A DNA stretch of 37,573 nucleotides from Anaerolineales bacterium (GCA_035708785.1 DASTFG010000592.1:1-37573); one strand, 5' to 3'. Numbered from the stretch's first letter, positions 1 through 9,260 are shown. Numbers and translations are program-made. Notes: generated from the sequence alone by a model not told the origin.

Positions 1-1052
1 CCGCCCGGCGCGCCTGTTCCGTAACTGATATTCGTCAGGAAAAAACGCACGATAAAGAAGAGTGGAACCGCGGAAAGCAGCAACTCCCCCCGAAGGGCAG
101 ATTCTGCCAGGGTGTGTCCGCTGCCAATTACCGGGGGGGAGAACCAACCCGCCAGCCCAACCACCCCGCCGGTAGCGGCTGCGGCGGGAAGGCTGAAACG
201 AGGCGGGATGCGCGCAAAGCCCTCAACCGTAGTCATCAGGCTGCGATTGAAAAGAACACCCAGCCCGCCCGCCACGATCCCCAGGATGGCAAATACGGGA
301 AGAGACGCCAGAGGCGGGATGGCGTAGTTGGGAACGGTAAAGACGGGAAACTGGCCCGAACCGATTCGCGCAACGATGTCGGCCACCGCTGCGGCCACGA
401 AAGCCGCACCGAACACGATGGGCTGGAAGTCACGCCGGACTTCCTCCAGGACAAAGACGAGGCCTGAAAGCGGAGCATTGAACGCTGCCGCCAATCCTGC
501 CCCCGCCCCTGCGGCGATCAAGGTACGGCGTTCCCGCGGCGATACTTTCAGCCAGCCTGAAATGGCATCCCCTACTGCGCCTCCCATTTGAACAGTAGGA
601 CCCTCACGCCCCAGGGCCAGCCCGCTTCCAATCGCCAGAATGCCTCCAAAGAATTTTACCGGCAGGACGCGCTTCCACTTCAGTGTGCGAAAGCGGTGCA
701 GGACAGCCTCCAAATGCGGGATACCGCTTCCACCGGCTTCGGGCGCATAACGCCGAGTCATGGCGACCGAGAGTCCCGCACCAAGAAGCGTGAAGAGCAC
801 AGGGAAGACCCAGCCTGCCGCCGGCATCCGGTGCGACCAGGTGATCAATCCATTTCTCAGCCCATCCGCGGCGGCCAATGCGGCTCGAAAAAGAAGTGCA
901 ACAACTCCCGAGCATACCCCCACAAACGCGGCCCGCGGGAATATCCACCGTCGCTGCTGCCGGACGTCGAGGTATTCCTGAATTTCCGATTGCGCCATGT
1001 CACGTTGAATGTCCTCGGAAGGCGGCTTCCTGCTCAGGGTGTTACTTGTCAT
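1..1052 (-). CDS. clcA: ClC-family H+/Cl- antiporter (runs off the left edge; not in the ORF track)
   Basis: Manual translation from ATG 1052 (alternative ATG 998): MTSNTLSRKPPSEDIQRDMAQSEIQEYLDVR...APEAGGSGIPH...LALGREGPTVQMG...AAAFNAPLSGLVFVLEE...SYGTGAPGG. Canonical GSGIP, GREGP and FNAP motifs are present, and the EE pair carrying the proton glutamate is retained. Confidence 0.93.
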   Translation of the reverse strand, partial: MTSNTLSRKPPSEDIQRDMAQSEIQEYLDVRQQRRWIFPRAAFVGVCSGVVALLFRAALAAADGLRNGLITWSHRMPAAGWVFPVLFTLLGAGLSVAMTRRYAPEAGGSGIPHLEAVLHRFRTLKWKRVLPVKFFGGILAIGSGLALGREGPTVQMGGAVGDAISGWLKVSPRERRTLIAAGAGAGLAAAFNAPLSGLVFVLEEVRRDFQPIVFGAAFVAAAVADIVARIGSGQFPVFTVPNYAIPPLASLPVFAILGIVAGGLGVLFNRSLMTTVEGFARIPPRFSLPAAAATGGVVGLAGWFSPPVIGSGHTLAESALRGELLLSAVPLFFIVRFFLTNISYGTGAPG

Positions 1053-1524
1053 GATAGGGCTCGAAGGCAACGATGGGCCGGGACTGGATAAATCGACGGC
1101 AGCTCTCCGCGGTCGGCTGAAAAGGTTTCCCGGTGAAAAGTCTTGACATTTCTCTAAAGGCAACGGGGTGCCGTTTTGCGTAATCCAGCAATGCCCTCAC
1201 ACCATCCGTCTCCGGCAATTGCCTGGCGCGCACGGGCATGCTGCGCCGTTTAACCTTGATCGTGACATCCGGATGCCGGCTGATATTCAAAAACCAGTCT
1301 GCTTTTTTTCCAAAAGCAGAAACAACAAGGTAAGCGCCGGTCGACGGTTTACGGCCCACAACTTCTAGAACCGTCCGGCGGGACAGACCACTCTCTCGGC
1401 CGATATGAGTCAGGAGCAGAAATCGTTCACCCAAAATCCAACCCAGATGAAGCCGATAAAGCAAGATGGGAAGTCGGAACCCCACCAGCAGCAGGCCGCC
1501 GGGCTTCTTGCGACCTAGGGTCAT
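1042..1524 (-). CDS. Deazaflavin (F420)-dependent oxidoreductase, nitroreductase/Ddn-like family
   Basis: LLLTHIGRESGLSRRTVL, YLVVSAFGKKADWFLNISRHPDVTI and RPIVAF match the Ddn/FDOR-A pattern. The stop overlaps the clcA start. Confidence 0.85.
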   Translation of the reverse strand: MTLGRKKPGGLLLVGFRLPILLYRLHLGWILGERFLLLTHIGRESGLSRRTVLEVVGRKPSTGAYLVVSAFGKKADWFLNISRHPDVTIKVKRRSMPVRARQLPETDGVRALLDYAKRHPVAFREMSRLFTGKPFQPTAESCRRFIQSRPIVAFEPYHDK

Positions 1525-1584
1525 GAAACGGACCCGTGGACTTGTGTTGAAACTCGGCCTAGGAATGCGTTCACCAGTAAAGTC

Positions 1585-1613
1585 ATTGTAGGACGAAACG
1601 CTTTGAGTGGCAA
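1585..1613 (-). promoter_or_regulatory. Sigma70-type promoter for the F420 enzyme-clcA operon
   Basis: The minus strand reads TTGCCA-17 bp-TACAAT. Confidence 0.55.
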
Positions 1614-1866
1614 GTCATTTTATGGATCTGCGGCAAAAAATCGGATGTACGATTGCCGAGGATCGCACTAATTTCAGAGACTTTTGGATTTCCCCCAGAA
1701 AGGGTAGTCTGTGAACTTTAGAATTTGTTACAATTTAATGGCGGGAGCGCTAAAAATCCGCCAACCCCTCATAAAGACGTTATAATAGCCCCGAAGCGAG
1801 CAACGGAGAAAGCGGGGCGAATTTAGTGCGTCGTTTTGTCAATTTTAGTGTTTAAAAGGTTACTTC

Positions 1867-4800
1867 ATGAAAGCGGACAGCAAGACCAAGACAGCGCGCA
1901 TGCCAGCCAGATCAAAAACGAATAAAACCAGTTCCAACGGGAAAGCGGCAGGCAAAAAGCCTGACCGCTCTGTTGCGCGTCCCATCCCCACCGGGGAGCG
2001 AAACCCCACAACCAAAAAAGTCAGGCGGCGAGCCCAGGAGGAGCTGGTCGGCACCCGGCAGCGGCTGATGGCGACCTACGAGCAGGCCCCGATCGGCATC
2101 GTCGAGTGCTCGCTCGAGGGCAGGCACATCAACGTCAACCAGGAGTTCTGCCGCCTGACCGGTTACTCCAGGGAAGAACTGCTCAACCGCGGCATCCGCG
2201 ACCTGACCTACGAAGAGGATTATATCTTCGACATCAAGCTGCACCAGCGGCTGGTCGAGGGCCAGATTCCCTACTACAAGCTCGAAAAACGCTACGTGCG
2301 CAAGGACGGGGAGCTCATCTGGGTGGAGCTGACTCGCAACATCATGCGCGATGCAGACGGGAAAGGGCTGTTTACCATCGGGGCCGTCGTGGATGTCACC
2401 GAGCGCAAACGGGCAGAGGAGGCGCTGCAGCTTGCCCGCTTCCAGGCAGAGCAGGCGGCGGACCGGATCGCCCGCCTGCAGGAAGTGACTGCAGCGCTGT
2501 CGGAAGCCGTGACCCCCGGGCAGGTTGCCGAGATCGTGGTGGAACAGGGCGGGCCGGCGCTCGGGGCAGCAACCGGTACGGTCATGCTGCTGGTCGAGGA
2601 CGATGAGACCCTGGAGATCGTGCACACGACCTCCTCCGAGACAGTCACGCGCCCGTACCAGCGCTTTCCCATCTCCCTGAACATTCCGGCTGCCGATGCG
2701 GCCCGCACGGGCGAGCCCGTCTGGATCGAGTCACGGGAGCAATACCTGCAACGCTACCCGCACCTGGCCGACCAGATCGCCGCCTGGGGCCGGCAAGCCG
2801 CGCTGGCGAGCCCGATGCTGGACAAGGGGCGCACGCTCGGGGTACTCGCCCTGAGCTTCGACCGGCCGGTAGCCTTCACGCCTGAGGACCAGGAGTATGT
2901 GCTGACCCTGGCGCGCCAGGGGGCGCAGGCGCTCGAGCGGGCGAGACTCTTTGAAGCCGAGCAGCAGGCGCGGCGTGCGGTCATGGAATTTGCCGGGCGG
3001 CAGGAAGTGCTCTACCGGCTGGCAGACCAGCTGCACCATACACAGTCGCTCGAGGATGTCTTCGCGGCGGCGCTGGATGCCATCTTCAGCGCGCTGCGCT
3101 GCGACCGCGCTTCGATCCTGCTCTACGACGATACGAACGTGATGCGGTTCGTCGCCTGGCGCGGCTTGTCCGATGACTATCGCCGGGCGACCGAAGGTCA
3201 TTCGCCGTGGCGGCCGGATGTAAAGGATCCGGTGCCGATCAGCATCGAGGATGTCGGCAAGGCCGAACTGGATGACTCGCTGAAAGTCGTGATCCAGAAA
3301 GAGGGCATCGGCTCGCTGGCCTTCATCCCACTGGTCTCCAACGGGAAGCTCATCGGCAAGTTCATGGTCTACTTCGACCGGCGGCATACGATCAGCGAGG
3401 CGGAGCTCGACCTCAGTCTAACGATTGCCCGCCAGCTTGCATTCGGCATCGACCGTAAGCGCGCCGAGGAAGCCCTGCGCGCCAGCGAAGAGCGCTACCG
3501 GGCTGTGGTCGAAAGCCAGGTGGAGATGCTCTGCCGCTTCCGGCGGGATGGGACCATCCTGTTCGTCAACGGCGCCTATGCCCGGGCCCGCGGCTCCACG
3601 CCGGAAGAACTCATGCGCGGCAACTTCTGGGATTTCGTCGCCGCCGAGGACCGTCCCGGGGTAGAAGCGCTGCTCGACAGCCTGACCCCCGAGGCGCCGG
3701 AAGTGCATATCGAAAACCGCTTCCAGACGGTGGATGGCGAGCGTTGGACCCTGTGGACGAACCGCGCGCTGAGCTTCGACGCGGATGGTCGCGTGCTGGA
3801 GGCGCAGGCCTCGGGCATCGACATCACGGAGCGCAAGCGCGCCGAGGAAGCCCTGCGCGAGAGCGAAGCGAGGCTGCGCGCGGTCTATGACGGCACCTAC
3901 GAGTATATCGGGCTACTCTCCCCGGACGGCACTCTGCTGGATGCGAACCGCGCCTCGCTCGAATTCGGCGGTGATGCCCGCGAGGATGTAGTGGGTCGAC
4001 CGTTTTGGGAAACCACCTGGTGGCGCTACACGCCAGGCGCGCCAGAAGCATTGCGCAACGCGATCGAACGGGCAGCTGGCGGGGAGTTTATCCGCTACGA
4101 AGCGCCACTGCAGCGTCCCTCGGGGGAAACTATGATCTTTGACTTCTCGCTGTACCCCATCCACGACGAACAGGGCAAAGTCAGGTTCATCGTGCCAGAA
4201 GGGCGCGACATTACCGAACGGAAGCGGGCGGAGGAGGCAGTGCGCGCCAGCGAGGAGCGTTTTGTGCGGTTCATGCAGTATCTCCCGGGGCTGGCATGGA
4301 TCAAGGATATGCAGGGGCGCTATGTTTACGTTAACGATGCCGCCGAGAAAGCCTTCAACACGCCGCGCGAGAGACTCTACGGGAAGACCGACGAGGATAT
4401 CTTCCCTGCCGAGGTCGCAGCGCAGTTCAAGAAGAACGACGAACAGGCGCTGGTGGATGGAAACGGTATCCAGGTGATCGAGACCCTGGAGCACGAAGAT
4501 GGCGTCGTCCATTATTCTCTGGTCAGCAAGTTCCCCATTCCAGGGCCCGACGGCAGCCCGGCCCTGATCGGCGGGACGGCCTTCGACATCACCGAGCGCA
4601 GGCGAGCGGAAGATGCTCTCCGTGAATCTGAAGAGCGCTATCGCAACCTGTTCGAGCTGGTCCCCGTCGCGGTGTACACCTGCGACGCCGATGGGCTGAT
4701 CCAGGAATACAACCACCGCGCCGTAGAACTGTGGGGACGTGAACCTAGGAAGAACGATCCGACCGAAAAGTACTGCGGCTCGTCGAAGCTCTATTATCCT

Positions 4801-6207
4801 GACGGCAGGTATATGCCGCACGAGGCGTGCCCCATGAGGCGGGTGCTGGCCGGCGAGACCCTCGAGCCGCACGAGCTGGAGGTCCTGGTCGAGCGACCGG
4901 ATGGCGTGCGCAGGAATATCATCGCCCAGCCCCTGCCGCTGCGGGATGAACATGGTGAGATCGTCGCCGCCATCAACTGTCTGTACGACATTACCGAGCG
5001 CAAACAGGCCGAGCAGGCTCTCCAGGAATTGAACCAGCAGCTGGAGAACCGGGTGCGCACCCGCACGGCCAGGCTGCAGGCCGCCAACCAGGCATTGCGC
5101 GAGGAGATCGCCGAGCGCGAGCAGGCGGAGGAGCTGCTGCGGCGCTGGGCGCACATCTTCGAGCACGCCGACTGGGGCATTGCAACGGTCTATCAGGATA
5201 TTCTGACGATGGTCAACCCGACCTATGCGAAGATGCATGGGTATGCAGTCGAGGAGCTGGTTGGCCGTAACATCTACGATATCTTTGCACCGGATACACA
5301 TGCAGAAGTACAGGAGCAGATCCGTATTGCCTACGAGCGCGGACACCACATCTTTGAATCCAGGCATCTCCGCAAGGACGGCAGCGTCTTCCCGGTGCTG
5401 GTGGATACCACAGTGGTCCGGGATGAGGACGGCAATGTGCTCTACCGGGCCGTCAACGTACAGGACATCACCGAGCGCAAGCGGGTGGAACGGGAGCTGC
5501 ACGAAAGCCGTGAGCGCCTGCAGATCCTCTCCCGGCGCCTGGTGGAAGTTCAGGAGGATGAACGACGCGCCATCGCCCGCGAACTGCATGACCGCGTCGG
5601 GCAGACTCTCGCCGCTCTGAACATCAACCTCATTATCATGAACGGCCAGCTCTCGGCGGATTCCAAGGAACTCGTCGGCTCGCGGATGGATGATTCATTG
5701 AAACTGGTGGCCGAAACAATCTCTCTCGTCCGTAATGTGATGACTGATCTGCGCCCCGCCGTGCTGGACGATTATGGGCTGGAAGCAGCCCTGCAATCCT
5801 ACATCGACGACTACAAGTCCCGGTACGGCATCCAGGTTGTCCTTGATCCGTCCGATACGCCCATCCCGCGCCTGGACCCGGGCCTGGAGATGACCCTGCT
5901 GCGGATTGGACAGGAGGCGCTGACCAACGTTGCCCGGCATGCCAACGCCGGGCAGGTCAGGGTGTCCTTAAACCTGATCGACCACTCGATCCGTCTGATG
6001 GTGCAGGATGACGGGGTAGGCATGGACTCCCCGCAAGGAGCATCCTCCCTTAAGAGCCACGGATTGAAGATCATGCGCGAGCGCGCCGAGGCGTTCGGCG
6101 GAACCGTCACCCTGGAATCCGCGCCCGGCAAAGGCACCAAGGTGGAGACCAGAATCCCCATCCGGAGCGGCGCTCAGAATAAACCCCCGGAGGAGATGCA
6201 TTTATGA
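1867..6207 (+). CDS. Cytoplasmic sensor histidine kinase: PAS-GAF-GAF-(PAS)x5-HisKA_3-HATPase
   Basis: Six PAC ends (D[IV]TER[KR]), two GAF domains, H-box ERRAIARELHDRVGQ, N-box QEALTNVARHA, DDGVG, HGLKIMRERA and GKGT. No TM segment seen. The N-terminal ~60 aa are Lys/Arg-rich. Confidence 0.95.
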   Translation: MKADSKTKTARMPARSKTNKTSSNGKAAGKKPDRSVARPIPTGERNPTTKKVRRRAQEELVGTRQRLMATYEQAPIGIVECSLEGRHINVNQEFCRLTGYSREELLNRGIRDLTYEEDYIFDIKLHQRLVEGQIPYYKLEKRYVRKDGELIWVELTRNIMRDADGKGLFTIGAVVDVTERKRAEEALQLARFQAEQAADRIARLQEVTAALSEAVTPGQVAEIVVEQGGPALGAATGTVMLLVEDDETLEIVHTTSSETVTRPYQRFPISLNIPAADAARTGEPVWIESREQYLQRYPHLADQIAAWGRQAALASPMLDKGRTLGVLALSFDRPVAFTPEDQEYVLTLARQGAQALERARLFEAEQQARRAVMEFAGRQEVLYRLADQLHHTQSLEDVFAAALDAIFSALRCDRASILLYDDTNVMRFVAWRGLSDDYRRATEGHSPWRPDVKDPVPISIEDVGKAELDDSLKVVIQKEGIGSLAFIPLVSNGKLIGKFMVYFDRRHTISEAELDLSLTIARQLAFGIDRKRAEEALRASEERYRAVVESQVEMLCRFRRDGTILFVNGAYARARGSTPEELMRGNFWDFVAAEDRPGVEALLDSLTPEAPEVHIENRFQTVDGERWTLWTNRALSFDADGRVLEAQASGIDITERKRAEEALRESEARLRAVYDGTYEYIGLLSPDGTLLDANRASLEFGGDAREDVVGRPFWETTWWRYTPGAPEALRNAIERAAGGEFIRYEAPLQRPSGETMIFDFSLYPIHDEQGKVRFIVPEGRDITERKRAEEAVRASEERFVRFMQYLPGLAWIKDMQGRYVYVNDAAEKAFNTPRERLYGKTDEDIFPAEVAAQFKKNDEQALVDGNGIQVIETLEHEDGVVHYSLVSKFPIPGPDGSPALIGGTAFDITERRRAEDALRESEERYRNLFELVPVAVYTCDADGLIQEYNHRAVELWGREPRKNDPTEKYCGSSKLYYPDGRYMPHEACPMRRVLAGETLEPHELEVLVERPDGVRRNIIAQPLPLRDEHGEIVAAINCLYDITERKQAEQALQELNQQLENRVRTRTARLQAANQALREEIAEREQAEELLRRWAHIFEHADWGIATVYQDILTMVNPTYAKMHGYAVEELVGRNIYDIFAPDTHAEVQEQIRIAYERGHHIFESRHLRKDGSVFPVLVDTTVVRDEDGNVLYRAVNVQDITERKRVERELHESRERLQILSRRLVEVQEDERRAIARELHDRVGQTLAALNINLIIMNGQLSADSKELVGSRMDDSLKLVAETISLVRNVMTDLRPAVLDDYGLEAALQSYIDDYKSRYGIQVVLDPSDTPIPRLDPGLEMTLLRIGQEALTNVARHANAGQVRVSLNLIDHSIRLMVQDDGVGMDSPQGASSLKSHGLKIMRERAEAFGGTVTLESAPGKGTKVETRIPIRSGAQNKPPEEMHL

Positions 6208-6602
6208 TCAAAGTCCTGCTTGCAGACGATCACGCCATCGTGCGTGACGGTTTGCGTTTTCTGCTCGAAGCACACCGGGATATCAAAGTCACGGCGATGG
6301 CGTCGAACGGGCAGGAGGCGGTAGACCAGGCCCTCCTGGAGTGCCCCGATGTGATCGTGATGGACATCTCGATGCCGATCATGAGCGGGATCGAGGCCAC
6401 GCAAAAGATTTGCGAGTTCTGCCCCCACACCCAGGTGATGATCCTCTCGATGTACCACACTGCCGAACATGTCCAGCGGGCTCTGCGGGCAGGGGCTGTT
6501 GGCTATCTTTTGAAGGACTCGGCGGGCGCAGAGTTGGTGGCAGCCATCCGGGCCCTGCATGCCGGCAAGGGCTACTTCAGCCAAAACCTCACAAGATCTT
6601 AG
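6204..6602 (+). CDS. NarL-type response regulator, receiver domain only (no HTH; possibly truncated)
   Basis: LADDH, VMDISMP (phospho-Asp), LSM and GYLLK motifs. It ends at GKGYFSQNLTRS*, before a LuxR HTH would begin. ATGA overlap with the kinase. Confidence 0.88.
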   Translation: MIKVLLADDHAIVRDGLRFLLEAHRDIKVTAMASNGQEAVDQALLECPDVIVMDISMPIMSGIEATQKICEFCPHTQVMILSMYHTAEHVQRALRAGAVGYLLKDSAGAELVAAIRALHAGKGYFSQNLTRS

Positions 6603-7512
6603 TCATTCCCGACATCTCGTTCACAAGCTGATCTTCGAGAGCGGCGGAGATATCTTCCAGCGGCGGTTTCACGGACCAGCGCGGCAGCCCGTGCAGGCGA
6701 TGGAGCAGCGCCTTGAGCGCCGGCGGGAAGGGAGGATATTTCTCAAGGATCTCGCGTTTTCGGGTGAGGCGTACCTGTACTTCTGAGGCATCCTTCCCCT
6801 TTTGCATTAAGTCCCAGATTTCCCGCAGATCCGCCGAAAGAACGTTCGCCGGCGCGGTGATGCAGCCGGCAGCCTTGTTTTGCATCGCAAGCTGCAGGTA
6901 AGAGTCTGTCCCGGTGAGAACCACCAGGTCAGAGCCGAACTTCTCGCCAAGCGTGCTTGCCAGGATGGGATCATGAGATGAGTCCTTGATCCCCGCAAAC
7001 TGCGCGGGGAAGGCCTCCTTCAACCGGGTGAGCAAATCGATCGAGAAGCCGATGCCCGCAACGCGCGGGAAGTGATAGCCCAGCAGGTATCCGTCTGAAG
7101 GAACGGCTTTCCGGATCACTTCACCGAACCATTTGAACAGCCCGTCATCGGTTGCATTGCGGAAGTAATACGGCGGGACGACCAGTACGCCCTCGTAGCC
7201 GAGTTCGAACGCCAGCCGCGTCAGGTCGATGGTTTCGGAGAGGCTCGGCGTCCCGGTGCCGGCCAGCAGCCGGAAGCCCGGCAGATTGCCGCAGTGGGCA
7301 CGGGCGGCGCGCATCAGGGCTTCGCGCTCCGAGGGCGAGAACGATGGCCCTTCGCCCGTGGTGCCGAAGAGCACCATCCCGTGGCAGCCGCGTGAGGCCA
7401 GGAATTCCATGAGAGCAGGCACAGACTCGAGGTCAAGGGACGGGTCGTCCCCTTCCCGCAGGGGAGTGACCGACGCGGCATAGACGCCGGCGAGGGGGTG
7501 GGTTGTTGTCAT
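6589..7512 (-). CDS. DHDPS/NAL-family class I aldolase or dehydratase (DapA-like, probably not true DHDPS)
   Basis: GTTGEG, VVPPYY, GYHFP and GIKDSS (Schiff-base Lys). Start moved to ATG 7512, which follows AGAGGA. Confidence 0.88.
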   Translation of the reverse strand: MTTTHPLAGVYAASVTPLREGDDPSLDLESVPALMEFLASRGCHGMVLFGTTGEGPSFSPSEREALMRAARAHCGNLPGFRLLAGTGTPSLSETIDLTRLAFELGYEGVLVVPPYYFRNATDDGLFKWFGEVIRKAVPSDGYLLGYHFPRVAGIGFSIDLLTRLKEAFPAQFAGIKDSSHDPILASTLGEKFGSDLVVLTGTDSYLQLAMQNKAAGCITAPANVLSADLREIWDLMQKGKDASEVQVRLTRKREILEKYPPFPPALKALLHRLHGLPRWSVKPPLEDISAALEDQLVNEMSGMTKIL

Positions 7513-7527
7513 GGTTCCTCTCTTGAG

Positions 7528-7558
7528 AGCCTTGCGAAGGTAACCCCTTCGCAAGGCT
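7528..7558. repeat. Perfect 13-bp inverted repeat (REP-like hairpin) between two co-oriented genes
   Basis: AGCCTTGCGAAGG-taacc-CCTTCGCAAGGCT, with no U-tract. Confidence 0.7.
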
Positions 7559-8460
7559 TAACGATTCGATTTCCGCTTCTTACCTTTATCCGAACGCGTT
7601 TTGCGCGGCGCCTTTTTAGGACTGTCCGCCAGAAAACTGCGGGCCGCGTCCTCAGGGGCCTGGAGCGACCCGCCAGCTTCCATCAGGTAACGCTGGTGGT
7701 CGAGCACCCATAGGTATAGATCGCCCTCCGTCTTGGTGGGGAATTCCTTAAGGATATCGGTGTCGCGGATCACCTGGATGACGGGCAGATAAACGTTCTC
7801 ATACCAGTGGCTGACGGCTTCCCCCTCGGAGATATCGCGCTGCCAGTCGAGGCCCATAAAGTAACGGTGCACGGCGATATGCTCGAGCATGCGGTCGAAG
7901 CCGTCGGGGATGGTCAGCTTGATGTCCGCCTCAGGCTTCAAGGAATCCAGCGAGGTGCGCTCCAGGAAGTTCACCTTGCTCTGCAGGATTTCCAGATCCT
8001 CGGGCCTGATCTTCGGCGTGATATCGACGCGCGTGGCACACTCGCGCACCTCGGCCTCGATGTAGAGCTGTCCCTGGTCGCGCGCCACCGAGACGCGGTG
8101 GTGTCCATCCACAACGAAATACACCTGGCCCACTTTGTATAACACGACCGGCGGCAGGCTGATCTCCTCATAGAAGGCGCTGCTGACACGCTGCCAGCGC
8201 GCCGCGAGGCTGTCGTTGGCCGGCAGGAAGACGCGGTCGAACTCGTGGTAACGGTTCAGGCTCCCCGCGATCTGGTCCAGGCGGACGGTCTTTACGCCCC
8301 GGTAAATCGGGCCGCCGATGTGCAGCTTCTCCTTGATCTCGTCATACGAGAGCAGGGTCGAGGGCTGCCCCGAAATGCTGCCCCAGACACGGTTCAGAAA
8401 GGCTTTGAAACGCGCCCGCTGAAAGTCTGTGCGGGCCTGGCTTGAGATTTGATCCGACAT
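7558..8460 (-). CDS. ParB/Srx-like domain protein with a DUF4032-like C-terminal region
   Basis: VRLDQIAGS..RY.EFD..FLP, LPPVVLYKVGQVYFVVDGHHRVSVA (ParB/Srx GHHR motif), HIAVHRYFM..W...Y.P and TEGDLYLWV; basic C-terminal tail. Confidence 0.8.
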   Translation of the reverse strand: MSDQISSQARTDFQRARFKAFLNRVWGSISGQPSTLLSYDEIKEKLHIGGPIYRGVKTVRLDQIAGSLNRYHEFDRVFLPANDSLAARWQRVSSAFYEEISLPPVVLYKVGQVYFVVDGHHRVSVARDQGQLYIEAEVRECATRVDITPKIRPEDLEILQSKVNFLERTSLDSLKPEADIKLTIPDGFDRMLEHIAVHRYFMGLDWQRDISEGEAVSHWYENVYLPVIQVIRDTDILKEFPTKTEGDLYLWVLDHQRYLMEAGGSLQAPEDAARSFLADSPKKAPRKTRSDKGKKRKSNR

Positions 8461-8481
8461 GGTTTGCGTGAACTGAGAGGA

Positions 8482-9108
8482 TTAAAGGCTGACTTCGACG
8501 ATCTTATACGGGTAAATGTTGACTATTTTCGTCGGCCCGTGGTTTGTCTCCGACGGCGAGATGTTATGGCGCTGGAAATGGGTATGTCCGTGGAAGTGAT
8601 AGCGTGGCTTTGCCACGCGCAGCAGCCAGTTGATCGCTTTCAAGCCCATGTGGGCATGCGTATCGTCGTTATGGATGCCAAACGGGGGCGAATGGGTGAT
8701 CAAGATATCGAGGGCGCGGCCGTACCGGACACGGTTCAGGAAGAAACGCGGCAGCAGGCGGAGGGCCCGCCAATAGGCTTCGGCCTGCGTATACTGGTTC
8801 GTTCCACGCGGCCGATAGCGAACGGACCCGCCAAAGCCGCCGATCAGAAATTTTTTAATGTACATCGACTTCAAATCCACGTTCGAGCCGCCTTCCGCGT
8901 AAGTAAGAGTATCGCCCGGTCTGTAGTTCGGGTCATGATTGCCGGGCACGTAAAGCAGAGGTACATTCAAAAGGGTCAGCAGATTTTCAAGATACTCATA
9001 AGGCAGGTCTCCGCACCCCAGCATCAACTCGATATCGCCGAAATGACCTCGATCACAGAGGCTGTAAAGGCGTTCGACTACTTCATCGCTTAATGCAAGG
9101 ATTTTCAC
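8482..9108 (-). CDS. Calcineurin-like metallophosphoesterase
   Basis: ILALSD, GCGDL, VPGNHD, LITHSPP and FHGHTH. The probable start is GTG 9108 (MKILALSD) rather than 9168. Confidence 0.9.
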   Translation of the reverse strand: MKILALSDEVVERLYSLCDRGHFGDIELMLGCGDLPYEYLENLLTLLNVPLLYVPGNHDPNYRPGDTLTYAEGGSNVDLKSMYIKKFLIGGFGGSVRYRPRGTNQYTQAEAYWRALRLLPRFFLNRVRYGRALDILITHSPPFGIHNDDTHAHMGLKAINWLLRVAKPRYHFHGHTHFQRHNISPSETNHGPTKIVNIYPYKIVEVSL

Positions 9109-9117
9109 AATGCGTGA

Positions 9118-9146
9118 ATTGTGCCCTAGAACCACCTTCCCTGCAA
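9118..9146 (-). promoter_or_regulatory. Possible sigma70 promoter giving a near-leaderless metallophosphoesterase mRNA
   Basis: The minus strand reads TTGCAG-17 bp-CACAAT, 9 nt before GTG 9108. No SD sequence. Confidence 0.4.
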
Positions 9147-9210
9147 GGTGTTTTCTCTCGAAACCCATAGAACCATATACGAAATTGAAATGTTATATCC
9201 CTTTGTGTGG

Positions 9211-9239
9211 TTGTCAAACCTAGCACTGCAAACTATAAT
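9211..9239 (+). promoter_or_regulatory. Near-consensus sigma70 promoter of the kinase operon
   Basis: TTGTCA (9211-9216)-17 bp-TATAAT (9234-9239), followed by SD AGGAG at 9249-9253. Confidence 0.8.
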
Positions 9240-9260
9240 TTATGAGATAGGAGCAACGTT

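Noticed and set aside
1-1052. Fluoride-specific CLC-F exporter or fluoride riboswitch
   Set aside because: The motifs are canonical GSGIP/GREGP rather than the CLC-F variants, and I saw no fluoride riboswitch consensus upstream.
1739-1818. Hairpins TGGCGG..CCGCCA and GCCCCG..CGGGGC upstream of the histidine kinase as a c-di-GMP riboswitch
   Set aside because: Short stems only; the conserved riboswitch strands are not recognisable.
3913-5589. 558-aa minus-strand ORF
   Set aside because: Antisense shadow of the GC-rich histidine kinase gene, with no motifs.
6589-7512. Calling this gene dapA
   Set aside because: It has YHFPRVAG where true DHDPS has YNVPxRTG, so the substrate-binding Arg position is not matched, and no lysine-pathway genes are adjacent.
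7558-8460. Chromosome-partition ParB
   Set aside because: No parA, no evident HTH and no parS-like site; only the ParB/Srx catalytic motif is present.
9220-9246. CIRCE element (CTAGCACTG resembles the left arm TTAGCACTC)
   Set aside because: There is no right arm GAGTGCTAA at 9-nt spacing; the sequence is the promoter spacer.
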